Origin: Betaproteobacteria bacterium | Lineage (GTDB): Bacteria; Pseudomonadota; Gammaproteobacteria; Burkholderiales; Burkholderiaceae_E | Reading direction: 5' to 3' | Assembly: GCA_031421635.1 (NCBI GenBank) | Contig: JANOPA010000014.1 | Span: 15,424 to 79,423 of the forward strand | Length of the DNA stretch: 64,000 bases | Part shown: positions 28,755 to 38,390 of the stretch, one piece after another | Layout: every line of letters begins with the position of its first letter | How positions within the stretch are numbered: the stretch's first letter is position 1 | The notes under the pieces: generated by a model | Databases searched by the model: none | What the model was told of the DNA's origin: nothing | What the model saw: the letters and a program-made list of their open reading frames with translations, nothing else | Made by a program: the position numbers and the translations under genes

Positions 28755-29375
28755 CTAGGAGAAATCAGGCGTCTCGCCTCGCAGCCATTTCCTGCCTTGC
28801 GCATACAAGGATTCAACCACCATCCCTCGCAAACCTGGCATGTCGCGCTTTACTTTGAAACCGAGCTCAGTTTGTAAATAGGCTAGGTGACGATAGCCTT
28901 CAGGAAAGCCTTTGAGGACTTCGTCATTCAGCTTCATGAGAACGCTTGGGTCGACGGAATCCATCCGATCTTTTTCATAGATGGGTTGACGTCGAACTAC
29001 GCGCCAGCAATCCTGTCCGTCGATAGAACGCTTTTCGAAAAAATCATAAAAGCGACCCGTACACACTACATCAACCAACTCGCCATGCGCCAGACCCCGC
29101 TGATTAATAGTCATTTTGGTCTGAGCAATTGCGCGTTGGTTTTGCACGTCAATGGTCGTGCCGCCCAGAAAATGCAAAATTGAGACGCCGTTCTCGAAAC
29201 CTTTGCGACTGATTTCAATGAAATCGCTCGCAGTACCCTGAAACCAAGTGGCGCACATCCAACCATCGCTGTGCCAAACCGTGCGAAAACGCTCCCAATC
29301 GCCGGCATCTCGCCACAGCGCCCAGTTGTTAATGGTCTCGGTGATATTCAGTTGGTCGATTTGTTTTGGAGTCAT
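28755..29375 (-). CDS. SnoaL-like / NTF2-fold family protein
   Basis: 'INNWALWRDAGDWERFRTVWHSDGWMCATWFQGTASDFIE' is typical of SnoaL_4/NTF2-like proteins. I chose the start at 'MTPKQ' (29375) to avoid overlapping the MCP. Same strand as, and 59 nt downstream of, the last MCP. Confidence 0.7.
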   Translation of the reverse strand: MTPKQIDQLNITETINNWALWRDAGDWERFRTVWHSDGWMCATWFQGTASDFIEISRKGFENGVSILHFLGGTTIDVQNQRAIAQTKMTINQRGLAHGELVDVVCTGRFYDFFEKRSIDGQDCWRVVRRQPIYEKDRMDSVDPSVLMKLNDEVLKGFPEGYRHLAYLQTELGFKVKRDMPGLRGMVVESLYAQGRKWLRGETPDFS

Positions 29376-29434
29376 GGGGCTGGACGGCGTCTCGGTAATG
29401 ACAGAATTTTCAGCATTGTATTCCTCGTGAAAGT

Positions 29435-30976
29435 TCAGGCCAAAGAGGTTTCTCTTATGTCTTTTCGAATGTCTGAAAAAACTCCGCAACACACCCAGTA
29501 GTCCAGTCCCGGAACTTTCTCAAGATAGGTGCTCTTTAGAGAGGCCCGCCCAGTGGCCGGATTACGGACTTCGTAATCTATCCAGCCATTGCCTTGATCC
29601 CGAGCCACGGTGATCGCGGCCTTGACATAAAAAAATCCTTTGGCGTCGGTCAGCTCGAAGGTGTCGGTGCCGATTAGCGTCGGCTCGCCACCGTGGGCCA
29701 ACAAAAACCCGCGAAAATCGGAAAGCACAACAAACAGGTCGCGTTTATGAAATCCGGCCTCACGGTCGTTGAATTTGGCGGCAGCGGCGCTTGGGCCCCG
29801 GCGCGTCACCTCGGCCACTGCGCGCTGGACAAGTTCAACACAGGCCTCGCGGCTATTAAAGCGCGAGGCCTTCAACCCGACTAGACTTTGATCCAAGGCG
29901 AAGGCCTCCTGCTCAAGACCCGCCGCCAATTTTGCAACTTGATCGACGGCACTTGCGTTACTCTGTGTGAGGTTGGCCATTTGCTCGACCGCACTCTTGA
30001 TCTGTCCAACACCAGTGCTTTGCTCGCTGGAGGCGTTAGCGATGTCGTCGATGAGATCTTGTGCCTGTGCGACTTGAAGTAGAACATCTTCAAGAATTTT
30101 GGCGCTGTTGTTGGAGGCGACCATCCCACCTTGAATTTGCCGGGTGGCCGAAGTGATGCGCTCTCGGATGACTTTGGCGACATCGCCACTTCGATTGGAA
30201 AGCGCTCTGACTTCATCCGCGACCTGCGCAAAGCCTCGACCGTTGTTGCCTGCGCGCGCGGCCTCGATGGTCGCGTTTAGCGCAAGCATATTGGTTTGCG
30301 TAGCGAAGCTTTCAATCAGATCGATAATTGCAATCACCTTTTGGGACTTACGACCTGTTTCGTTGACTGCATTGCTAATTGCGATCACTTGATCGGCTCC
30401 CGCATAGGCAGCCTCCGTTGATTGTTTGGCGAGATCTTTGACTTCACGGCAGTTTTGTGCATTTCGTTCAATTGACGCGGTGAACTGCTCCAGACCTGCG
30501 CCAGTTTCTTCGAGCATCGCGGCGATTTCTTCGGCTTGGGTCAACAATCGATTGGCGTCCTGCGAGGTTTGCTTGCTGTTGTGGAGCAGGTTTTCCGCGA
30601 TCCTTGCGGTCTCGTCAGTCAATACCTTAACTCGCTCAGCATATCCAAGAACGAAGGGAACCACGCCTTGGTTGCGCCACCGGCTGTCGATATCCTTGGC
30701 GTCAAATTTCCAGTCACCGCTCAAGGCGCGCTTCAATAAATCGGCGCCGATGCTCAAATGCCGTTGGCGGTAGTAAGCGAATCCAAGGAAAAGGTAGGTC
30801 CCGGCAATCAATAGACCCACCACAAGCGCGGTTCTAAATTGACCCGGAGGAAAAATCGCTACGGCGAGTAAGGTGATCAAAATGAAGGCGCTACAGATGG
30901 GTCCAAATGCAGTGAGGCCAAAGCGCTGGTAGACCCTCAAGACAGGCCAGCCAAGAATTTCAAGAGTTTTACGCAT
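29435..30976 (-). CDS. Methyl-accepting chemotaxis protein: TM hairpin, signalling domain, C-terminal Cache-like domain
   Basis: Two closely spaced TM helices ('[16 protein letters not shown]' - PPGQFR - '[20 protein letters not shown]') leave no periplasmic domain. MCP hairpin tip '[42 protein letters not shown]'. The last ~150 aa read '[26 protein letters not shown]...[58 protein letters not shown]', which matches the single-Cache-2 pattern. Alternative starts are at 30982 and 31021. Confidence 0.85.
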   Translation of the reverse strand: MRKTLEILGWPVLRVYQRFGLTAFGPICSAFILITLLAVAIFPPGQFRTALVVGLLIAGTYLFLGFAYYRQRHLSIGADLLKRALSGDWKFDAKDIDSRWRNQGVVPFVLGYAERVKVLTDETARIAENLLHNSKQTSQDANRLLTQAEEIAAMLEETGAGLEQFTASIERNAQNCREVKDLAKQSTEAAYAGADQVIAISNAVNETGRKSQKVIAIIDLIESFATQTNMLALNATIEAARAGNNGRGFAQVADEVRALSNRSGDVAKVIRERITSATRQIQGGMVASNNSAKILEDVLLQVAQAQDLIDDIANASSEQSTGVGQIKSAVEQMANLTQSNASAVDQVAKLAAGLEQEAFALDQSLVGLKASRFNSREACVELVQRAVAEVTRRGPSAAAAKFNDREAGFHKRDLFVVLSDFRGFLLAHGGEPTLIGTDTFELTDAKGFFYVKAAITVARDQGNGWIDYEVRNPATGRASLKSTYLEKVPGLDYWVCCGVFSDIRKDIRETSLA

Positions 30977-32561
30977 GATCATGCTCCCGCTCAAAAACGC
31001 CGGCCGTGACACAGGCTTCATGGCCTTGAACCAACTGGGCGTAGACTAATTTATCCACAATCTTCCCGCTTGCGGGAAGCTTCACCTTACAGACCTGCCA
31101 GGATTTTTGCGTCGTTCGGAGTTGTTTACGGATAATCTCAATGTCGACGGGCAAATGGGTACGGGCATCGTTACTAAGATCTTTTCCGACGATGTTTGAA
31201 ATCGCGCTATGGGCGAGGCAAGGCCCATCAAAGCTCCAGATCGCGACAGCGTGTTCACACTGGTCCAGACTCGGATTGGCGTTGGAGAGATTAATGCTAT
31301 CGCAGACTTCCTGAAGCCCTCGTTCTTCGATGTCTTGAATGACTTGCTTCACCAGGCCGACAACGGTGTCCGTGTTCTTAAAGCGATCCTCTCCAAAGAC
31401 ATCGATCTTTGCGAGTAAACCAAGCGCGTCTTTGTTGGTGATGGCACTGACTCTCACCATATCATCGGCAGCAGCAGCATTTTGCTGTGTAATGGTGGCC
31501 ATTTGTTCGACGGCTGCCTTGATCTGTTCGGAGCCGCTGGTTTGTTCGGCTGACGCCGAAGCGATGTCTTGAATCAACTGATGAGTTTGCGCCACCAGGT
31601 CTGAAATTATTTTCATGGACTGCGATGCCGCTTCTGTTGACGTGCGGCTCGAGGACAGCTCTTCCAAGCATTCGCCGACTATGAGCTTTGCGTCCGCGGC
31701 GGCGAGAGAGGCGCGCTGGGCGAGCTTGCGCACTTCGGTGGCGACTACGGCAAAGCCACGGCCATGCTCGCCAGCGCGAGCCGCTTCGATGGCCGCATTG
31801 AGCGCCAATAAGTTGGTTTGAAACGCAATGTCCTCAATCATGGCGATAGAGCCCATCACATTCATCGACTCGGTAGAGGAGTCGCCCATGGTGTCCAGTA
31901 AGCTGTCCAACGCACCTTGAGCAGAGAGCACAAGATGACTCGCTTTTTCAGCCCGCTTGGCCGCTTCTTGTGTATTCACCATATTGCGTTCGACGGTCGC
32001 TGAAAACTCTTCCATCGCAGAGGCGCTCTCCTCCAACATACTTGCGATTTCTTCGGCACGATGAGACAAGGCTGCGGTGTTGCTGTCGAGTTGTTTACAT
32101 GAACCCGCCACTTCGTTGGCAGCTTGTCGCGTCGAGCCTGCCAACTGTTGAATTCTCGAATGTAGCTTGTAGGTCAGGTGTTGCACGATGTATTTCGGAT
32201 CTGGCTCTCGCTGTGCTGACCAACGCCCGTTGGTGAGTTTTTCAAAAATTCTTTGGGAAGTTTTTCGAACTTCAACCATATGCATTTGCACTGAAAATGC
32301 CACATAAATCGTGAAGGCCGCAAATAAGCTGAACAGCATGGGATGCGTGTCTGCTATGCCTAGTGAAGCCATACCGAAGAAAAGCACCATCATCACGCCG
32401 ACCACGGCATTTCCAAAGGCAACACCTGCCTTTGACAAGAGCAAGACCATGGGAGCGGTGATTCTCGCTAATAGATATTGAAGGGCTTCGTGCCCGTCAT
32501 GGCCTTTGCCGATCAAATCTTTTGTGATGTGATCTGGCTTACTGTGAAGATCATGTTTCAT
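30969..32561 (-). CDS. Methyl-accepting chemotaxis protein (paralog): TM hairpin, signalling domain, divergent C-terminal Cache-like domain
   Basis: TM hairpin '[17 protein letters not shown]...[16 protein letters not shown]'. Hairpin tip '[42 protein letters not shown]'. C-terminal ~140 aa '[28 protein letters not shown]...[36 protein letters not shown]'. The start overlaps the cheB stop. Confidence 0.85.
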   Translation of the reverse strand: MKHDLHSKPDHITKDLIGKGHDGHEALQYLLARITAPMVLLLSKAGVAFGNAVVGVMMVLFFGMASLGIADTHPMLFSLFAAFTIYVAFSVQMHMVEVRKTSQRIFEKLTNGRWSAQREPDPKYIVQHLTYKLHSRIQQLAGSTRQAANEVAGSCKQLDSNTAALSHRAEEIASMLEESASAMEEFSATVERNMVNTQEAAKRAEKASHLVLSAQGALDSLLDTMGDSSTESMNVMGSIAMIEDIAFQTNLLALNAAIEAARAGEHGRGFAVVATEVRKLAQRASLAAADAKLIVGECLEELSSSRTSTEAASQSMKIISDLVAQTHQLIQDIASASAEQTSGSEQIKAAVEQMATITQQNAAAADDMVRVSAITNKDALGLLAKIDVFGEDRFKNTDTVVGLVKQVIQDIEERGLQEVCDSINLSNANPSLDQCEHAVAIWSFDGPCLAHSAISNIVGKDLSNDARTHLPVDIEIIRKQLRTTQKSWQVCKVKLPASGKIVDKLVYAQLVQGHEACVTAGVFEREHDHA

Positions 32562-33661
32562 GAGGAGAACCGTTGACTAAGTGTATGAATAATTTCTTGA
32601 GGAAAATCTTGAAGACTAATTTGCCGATGCGAGTGGCCGTTCTCAAACACTACCTTAGGCATACCATAGATGGCGCAGCTTGGCTCGTCTTGGCTAAGCA
32701 CGTAGCCGCCGCTCGTAAAAATATCCGCAGTACCGTTAGCACCGTCACGTCCCATGCCCGTGAGCACACAGGCCAAGCTTGCATCACCAAAAGCAAGGGC
32801 GACTGAAGAAAATAGTTTGTCGATGGACGGCCTGTATAGATCGGAGGGCAAGGGCTTGTCCAGTTTTACGTAAACATTCAGCGACTCCCGCCGATGCACT
32901 TGAAAATGGCAACCCCCTGGAGCGATGTAGGCGGTTCCTGGACAAAGTACCTCGCCGTGCTCCGCGAGTTTCACTCTGATGGCCTTTACCGAGCGGCTGA
33001 GCCGGTTGGTATATAGGGTCGTGAAGGATGTGGGCATGTGAATGGCAATCACGATAGGAGGGGAGTGCGCGGGCAGTTTTTCTAAAATGCTTGTGACCGC
33101 GCTTGGACCCCCAGTGGATGCGCCAATAGCGAGAATCGCTTGTGATCGGGGAGCAAGAGTGGAGGCCGCGGCAGGCGCCTTGCGAAGGCGCGTCTGCGCT
33201 GCCGAAATCCTCGCATTTGAATCGCTTAGATTTTGACGAATGCGCTTCGATCTAAAAGCGTGTCCCGCTTCGTATACTTTGATCAGTAATTCCTCGGCAT
33301 AATCTGAGAGGGTGCGTGTGTGCGGCTGCAGCCCTGGTTTGAGCACAAAATCGAGTGCTCCAAGCGCAAGGCAATCCAAGGTAATTTGAGCGCCTTCCCG
33401 AGTCATGCTGGATACCATAATGACGGGTATAGGACACTTGGAGAGGACATGCTTGAGGATTGTCGTCCCTTTCAGGTGTGGCATCTCGACGTCAAGGGTA
33501 ATAACATCGGGACCTAAACGCTCAATTGCTGCAACGACCTCTGATCCGTCCTGGCAAAAGCCGACGACGGAGATTTCGGGGTTCGATCTTAGGATCTTGG
33601 CGATCACACCGCGCGCGACTACTGAGTCGTCTACGATCAGAACTTTGACAGGTGCATCCAT
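32558..33661 (-). CDS. cheB: Chemotaxis response regulator protein-glutamate methylesterase
   Basis: Receiver domain ('VLIVDDS', '[10 protein letters not shown]', 'KP') plus a CheB methylesterase domain ('[12 protein letters not shown]', 'HMP', 'GMGRDG'). Confidence 0.9.
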   Translation of the reverse strand: MDAPVKVLIVDDSVVARGVIAKILRSNPEISVVGFCQDGSEVVAAIERLGPDVITLDVEMPHLKGTTILKHVLSKCPIPVIMVSSMTREGAQITLDCLALGALDFVLKPGLQPHTRTLSDYAEELLIKVYEAGHAFRSKRIRQNLSDSNARISAAQTRLRKAPAAASTLAPRSQAILAIGASTGGPSAVTSILEKLPAHSPPIVIAIHMPTSFTTLYTNRLSRSVKAIRVKLAEHGEVLCPGTAYIAPGGCHFQVHRRESLNVYVKLDKPLPSDLYRPSIDKLFSSVALAFGDASLACVLTGMGRDGANGTADIFTSGGYVLSQDEPSCAIYGMPKVVFENGHSHRQISLQDFPQEIIHTLSQRFSS

Positions 33662-33662
33662 C

Positions 33663-34301
33663 TTAGGATTTTTCGAAGAGGCTGATGTCGGGCTTTAGAG
33701 TGGTGCTGCTTTGCACTAAGGCCGCTGCGTGGCGGCTTTCTCTGTGCTGGACGCGGTTCAAGCTTACTTCGATATGGCGGCACTCAGGTTGGCTGAGCTG
33801 GGTGGCCCAATAGAGTCTGCGTGCAAAAATCCCTCCAGTGTCTTGACCACGTAGCTTTATCCTCTCTTGCCTTAAGTACTGCGCTGCAAATTGAATATTG
33901 CACAGTCCCACATTGGTGAGTTCAGTGAGGATCTGACCTCCCCCGAAAATCCAGGCCAGCATCCGATCCTTCTTGGCACCTTGGGACAAGAGTTCATTGA
34001 TGAGAAGTTCCATGGCGTAACTTCCGTAGCGCGCGTTTCGATTGGTCGGGTCCGCGTTCGATATCTCAGGCAAGCCAATCTCTCGTTGGGCGGGAAGCAT
34101 AAAGTGATTCATGCCGATCAAGCCTGCAGCTTGGTCCGTGAGGCAAACCGCGACACATGAGCCAAGAACCGTCATTAGGCCTTCGGAGGGTTTGGGATTG
34201 ACACCTTCAGACGACGCTTTTCGCGATGTTGCAAACTCACCTGGCAGGAGTCGACGGACCCAACTGGAATGTTCGCGATCAAAAAAGCGATGCGGTTTCA
34301 T
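33663..34301 (-). CDS. cheD: Chemoreceptor glutamine deamidase CheD
   Basis: 'LGSCVAVCLTD' and 'GMNHFMLP' are typical of the CheD family. Coupled to cheR (4-nt overlap). Confidence 0.85.
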   Translation of the reverse strand: MKPHRFFDREHSSWVRRLLPGEFATSRKASSEGVNPKPSEGLMTVLGSCVAVCLTDQAAGLIGMNHFMLPAQREIGLPEISNADPTNRNARYGSYAMELLINELLSQGAKKDRMLAWIFGGGQILTELTNVGLCNIQFAAQYLRQERIKLRGQDTGGIFARRLYWATQLSQPECRHIEVSLNRVQHRESRHAAALVQSSTTLKPDISLFEKS

Positions 34302-35104
34302 AGCGCTCGACGCGGGCTAAACACGGTCCGACCGCGGCTTTGGAATAATTCGTCGGAGTGAATGAGCATCTCCGTGTGCCCAGTGAAAAACAGGCCATCC
34401 ATTTTCAAGTGACGAGCGACGTACTCTGCAAACTGACGTTGTGTGGTCGTATTAAAGTAAATCATGACGTTACGACAGAAGACAGCGTCAAGAGGCTTCC
34501 AAGGGAGAACGCTTCCCTTGGCGGCCAGATTAAAAGGCTTGAACTCGACGAGTCGTTTCAGCTCGGGTTTGACTTGAACTTGGGCTTGATTGATCGAGTC
34601 GAAATACTTTGAGATCAGTCCAGGCTTGAGATGGAGGAGCTCGGACTTCGAATAGATACCTTGCTTCGCGAGGCTTAGTGCGTGGGTGTCAATGTCGCTT
34701 GCTAACACGAAGGCTTGCTTGCGATCAAGTAGACTGGGGTAGGCCTGAGTTAGAGCAATCAGTATGGAATAAGGCTCTTGCCCTGATGAGCATCCCGCGC
34801 TCCAAATCTTGGCGCTGGAAAAGTTTTCCTTGAGATGATCCACCAGGATTGGGAAGTGGTGAGCCTCTCTGAAAAATGAGGTCACATTGGTGGTCATCGC
34901 GTTGACGAAACCTTCGACTTGGGTTCGATCTTTTTCGACCAAGTCGACGTAGTCCGCAAGCTTGGTAAGGCCTAGGCTGCGCATCGGGCGGCTCAAGCGA
35001 TTCGAAGCCATTTGACGCTTACTCGGGTTCAGTTCAATCCCGGCATGTTTTCCAAGTAAGCTGCGAACGGATGCGAACGCCTGATCATCAAGAATCAGGC
35101 TCAT
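34298..35104 (-). CDS. cheR: Chemotaxis protein methyltransferase CheR
   Basis: 'TNVTSFFREAHHF', 'IWSAGCSSGQEPYSI' (SAM-binding) and 'DAVFCRNVMIYF'. 4-nt overlaps on both sides. Confidence 0.9.
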   Translation of the reverse strand: MSLILDDQAFASVRSLLGKHAGIELNPSKRQMASNRLSRPMRSLGLTKLADYVDLVEKDRTQVEGFVNAMTTNVTSFFREAHHFPILVDHLKENFSSAKIWSAGCSSGQEPYSILIALTQAYPSLLDRKQAFVLASDIDTHALSLAKQGIYSKSELLHLKPGLISKYFDSINQAQVQVKPELKRLVEFKPFNLAAKGSVLPWKPLDAVFCRNVMIYFNTTTQRQFAEYVARHLKMDGLFFTGHTEMLIHSDELFQSRGRTVFSPRRAL

Positions 35105-35649
35105 GAGAATGTCGCCTCTTCAGTGACTCGTGCCACCGCGTGGAGTTCTTCGGGTTGGAGGACCTTCTGTAAGTCAATCAGGAGCACAACCTGTTCTCCA
35201 AGCTGAGTCATTCCAATTAAATACCGAATATCAATCGCCATGGTGGTTCGGGGAACCGTCTGAATCGCGGCCGAGTGAATGCTGATGACATCTAGAACGC
35301 TATCCACCTGAATCCCGACTTTCCGAGACTCAAGCTCACTGATCAGCACCAGGTCCTGGCGACCTGCGACCTTTTCACGATTCAGATTGAAGCGCTCCTT
35401 GAGATCGATCACTGGAACAATTTCACCGCGAAGACTGGTGACGCCGACAACATAGGAGGGTGCGTGGGCTACTCGCGTCAGGTGGGCGCCGGTTCGAACT
35501 TCCCGGATTTGCAGCAGGCTAACGGCGTAGGTATGGCCCGAGACCTTGAAGGTCAGGAATGATTGGCTAACAGCATGGTCGGTCGGCTTGGCCATGATCG
35601 AGTCCTCTGGATGTGACGGTTGGGTCGCGTGAACGGAGATCTTGAGCAT
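35101..35649 (-). CDS. cheW: Chemotaxis coupling protein CheW
   Basis: CheW-like domain ('FLTFKVSGHTYAVSLLQIREV', 'VVGVTSLRGEIVPVIDL', 'IGMTQLGEQVVLLIDL'). I chose the start at the ATG at 35649, which has an AGGA SD 16 nt after the cheA stop. The track start at 35784 would overlap cheA. Confidence 0.85.
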   Translation of the reverse strand: MLKISVHATQPSHPEDSIMAKPTDHAVSQSFLTFKVSGHTYAVSLLQIREVRTGAHLTRVAHAPSYVVGVTSLRGEIVPVIDLKERFNLNREKVAGRQDLVLISELESRKVGIQVDSVLDVISIHSAAIQTVPRTTMAIDIRYLIGMTQLGEQVVLLIDLQKVLQPEELHAVARVTEEATFS

Positions 35650-35665
35650 CTTTTTTCCTGGTCGG

Positions 35666-37642
35666 TTACGCTGTGACGAGTTGCGCGGTGCCAATGGTTC
35701 GACCAAGAGCGATCGAATCCAAGACGAAAGTGATTTTCCCAGCGCCGAGTACGGTCGCGCTTTGACAATACTTTGCAGGCCCAAGATTTTTCTCGATGTT
35801 CTTGATCACAATTTGCTTTTCACCAATAATTCGATGCACGCCCAGTAGGCTTAGATCGTCACCGTTGCGTAGAACAATGCCCAGGAGTGATCCGGGTGCC
35901 GGATGTAAGGGTGTCGTTTCCATCAGATCGGCGAGGTGTGCATACGGGACAAGCGCGGTGCGGAGCGGGAAAAGCTTTTGGCCATTCGGCAGCTCTTGCA
36001 AGCCGGAAGGGTGCAGTTGAATGCATTCGGAAATCGAACTCAGCAGGATTGCGTATTGTTCGCCGTCGCATTCGACGATGAGCGCATCGGTCAAAGCCAA
36101 AGTGAGGGGCAGGACGATTGAAAAGCAAGTCCCCCGTCCGGGTGTGCTGTGGACCTGTAGTTCACCATTAAGCGACTTGATCGCTTCGGCTACGGCGTCT
36201 AAGCCGACCCCTCGACCCGACCAATGATCGACCTGAGCAGCGGTTGAAAAGCCCGGCGAGAAAATTAGCTCCGCCCATTGTGCGTCGCTGCGCGGTGTGT
36301 GTTCGTCCGCCAAACCTTTCTGGATTGCTTTGGTACGAATTGCCTGAATATCAAATCCACGTCCATCTTCTTCAATGTGAAGTACGAAGCTTGCGCCGCG
36401 CTGTTCAGCCCGAAGGCGAAGGGTCGCGGTTTCTGCTTTTCCTAAGGAGATGCGTTCGCTGGGTGACTCTAAACCGTGATCCAATGCGTTGCGAATCAAG
36501 TGAGTGACAGGATCGATCAGACGCTCAATGATATTGCTGTCGAGCTCGATTTGCTCACCGACAATGATGACTTGGACTCGTTTGCCGAGTTCAACTTTAG
36601 CGTCGCGCACGACTCGCTCAAAGCGCTTAAACAAAGTCGTGACGGGCGACATGCGCATGGAAAGAATTGCGTCCTGAAGTTGTCGAGTTTGCCGACCGAG
36701 ACGCTCAAAGAGTTCAATAACTTCTTGATCGATCACCTTGCTTTCAAGCTCGGCCTGAAAAATGGCCAGATCTGCGAGATGGCCAAGAAGTAAATCAATT
36801 TTTTCACTTGGAACCTGAATGGCGCGCTGCTCTCGTCGTCGCTCGACTTGGATCGCGGTAGGCTCATCGATATTGGCGTCGTCGTTTTCTTGAACTTCCG
36901 TAATCTCAAGATCGCAAAGGTCGTCGATCCATTCGAATAGGGAGCGAATCTCTTGCGCGGAACGAGTGGTTTCCAGAATGGTTGACCAATGCAGAAAGTT
37001 CGGCTCCGTGGCGTAGCCTGGAGCTTGATTTTCCCAGGCAATAACCTCTTTCTCGTCCCATAAAGCCGTTGTTGTAAGTGTTCCTTGTTCGGCAAGATTG
37101 TCTAGATAACGCAGAGGGTCGTTGCCACAGCTTCGCATGCCAGGATGAGGTCGAAAGCGCAGTACGAATTTATGTGTTCCTGATTTTCGCCTGAAATCAG
37201 AAGAGGATGTTGACTTTGAGAGAGCTTCGCTAGCGTCCAGAGCTTCTTGAATTTGATTCAGCTTCCGACTAAGTGCATCGACACGCTGAGTGGAAACATC
37301 GCCCTGCTTTTGTTGGGCACTACCTACCATTGAGCGCAGAAGATCTAAGGCACTTAAGAAAAGACTGATGTGCTCATCGTTGAGTTTGAGGTGGGAGGCG
37401 CCACTTATACGTCGATAGGTTTCCAGAACGGTTTCAAGTGCGTGCGCAAACTCTGCCATTTGATTAAAGCCGAGCGTTCCTGCAGAACCCTTGATCGAAT
37501 GAATTGCTCGAAATGCGGCATTAATGCTTTCGTTAATTGGGACTTGCTTTTCAATGCAAAGCAATGCCTCTTCGGCTTGATCTAGGCAGTCAAGCACTTC
37601 TTCAAAAAATGCAGAGTGAAATTGACTTAAGTCAATTGACAT
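35666..37642 (-). CDS. cheA: Chemotaxis histidine kinase CheA
   Basis: Hpt domain 'FRAIHSIKGSAGTLGF', a dimerisation domain, HATPase ('HLIRNALDHGLE', 'DDGRGFD', 'GRGVGLDAV') and a C-terminal CheW-like domain. The ATG at 37642 overlaps the end of the upstream cheY by 11 nt; the track start at 37651 is a TTG. Confidence 0.9.
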   Translation of the reverse strand: MSIDLSQFHSAFFEEVLDCLDQAEEALLCIEKQVPINESINAAFRAIHSIKGSAGTLGFNQMAEFAHALETVLETYRRISGASHLKLNDEHISLFLSALDLLRSMVGSAQQKQGDVSTQRVDALSRKLNQIQEALDASEALSKSTSSSDFRRKSGTHKFVLRFRPHPGMRSCGNDPLRYLDNLAEQGTLTTTALWDEKEVIAWENQAPGYATEPNFLHWSTILETTRSAQEIRSLFEWIDDLCDLEITEVQENDDANIDEPTAIQVERRREQRAIQVPSEKIDLLLGHLADLAIFQAELESKVIDQEVIELFERLGRQTRQLQDAILSMRMSPVTTLFKRFERVVRDAKVELGKRVQVIIVGEQIELDSNIIERLIDPVTHLIRNALDHGLESPSERISLGKAETATLRLRAEQRGASFVLHIEEDGRGFDIQAIRTKAIQKGLADEHTPRSDAQWAELIFSPGFSTAAQVDHWSGRGVGLDAVAEAIKSLNGELQVHSTPGRGTCFSIVLPLTLALTDALIVECDGEQYAILLSSISECIQLHPSGLQELPNGQKLFPLRTALVPYAHLADLMETTPLHPAPGSLLGIVLRNGDDLSLLGVHRIIGEKQIVIKNIEKNLGPAKYCQSATVLGAGKITFVLDSIALGRTIGTAQLVTA

Positions 37643-38009
37643 ATTGATCAACCAGAATCTGATTGATTTTGTTGGTTAAGGACTCTTCCGTGAAGGGCTT
37701 GGCGATCCAATCCATTGCACCGGCTTGTTTTGCCTTTTCAATGTTCTCGTCCTTCGCTCCTTTGGCAAGCACCACGATTGGAGTGTTCTTGAAATGCTCG
37801 ATTAACTTCAGACGCTGAATCAAAGTGATCCCGTCCATGCCTGGCATGTTGATATCGGTGATCACCAAGTGAACTCGTCGACCTTTGGCGATGGTCAGAG
37901 CTTCCTCCCCAGAACTTGCATGAAAAACTCGGTGTCCAAATTTCTGGAGGACGGAGGCTACGATATTGCGTATGGACGCAACATCATCAACAATCATAAT
38001 TCTTGCCAT
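37632..38009 (-). CDS. CheY-like single-domain response regulator (atypical switch residue)
   Basis: 'IMIVDDV', 'LVITDINMPGMDG' and 'AKPF' are present. At the position of the conserved Thr/Ser (CheY T87) the sequence is 'VVLAKGAK', i.e. Ala. Confidence 0.85.
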   Translation of the reverse strand: MARIMIVDDVASIRNIVASVLQKFGHRVFHASSGEEALTIAKGRRVHLVITDINMPGMDGITLIQRLKLIEHFKNTPIVVLAKGAKDENIEKAKQAGAMDWIAKPFTEESLTNKINQILVDQYVN

Positions 38010-38015
38010 AGTTTT

Positions 38016-38378
38016 CTACCCTAAGACTCGGGGAAGCACGTCAATCAGTGCCTGTGGGTTAAAGGGTTTCACGATCCATCCTGTGGCTCCTGCCGCTCGG
38101 CCCGCGGCCTTCATGTTGGATCCCGCCTCGGTTGTCAGTACTAAGATGGGTTTGGCCTGAGTGCTTGGCTGAGCCCGTAAGGCCTTGATAAGGTCCAAGC
38201 CACTCATGTTCGGCATGTTCATGTCGGTAATAATCAGATCGAAAGGCTCCGTTTTACAAGCGTCCAGCGCAGCCTCGCCGTCGACAGCGGAGCGGACTTC
38301 ATGGCCCGCCTTTTCAAGCGTGAACACAACCATTTGGCGCATGGTGACTGAGTCGTCGACAATAAGTATTTTTGCCAA
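38016..38378 (-). CDS. cheY: Chemotaxis response regulator CheY
   Basis: Canonical 'ILIVDDS', 'LIITDMNMPNMSG', 'VLTTE' and 'GWIVKPF'. Confidence 0.9.
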   Translation of the reverse strand: MAKILIVDDSVTMRQMVVFTLEKAGHEVRSAVDGEAALDACKTEPFDLIITDMNMPNMSGLDLIKALRAQPSTQAKPILVLTTEAGSNMKAAGRAAGATGWIVKPFNPQALIDVLPRVLG

Positions 38379-38390
38379 AATTTACTCCTT

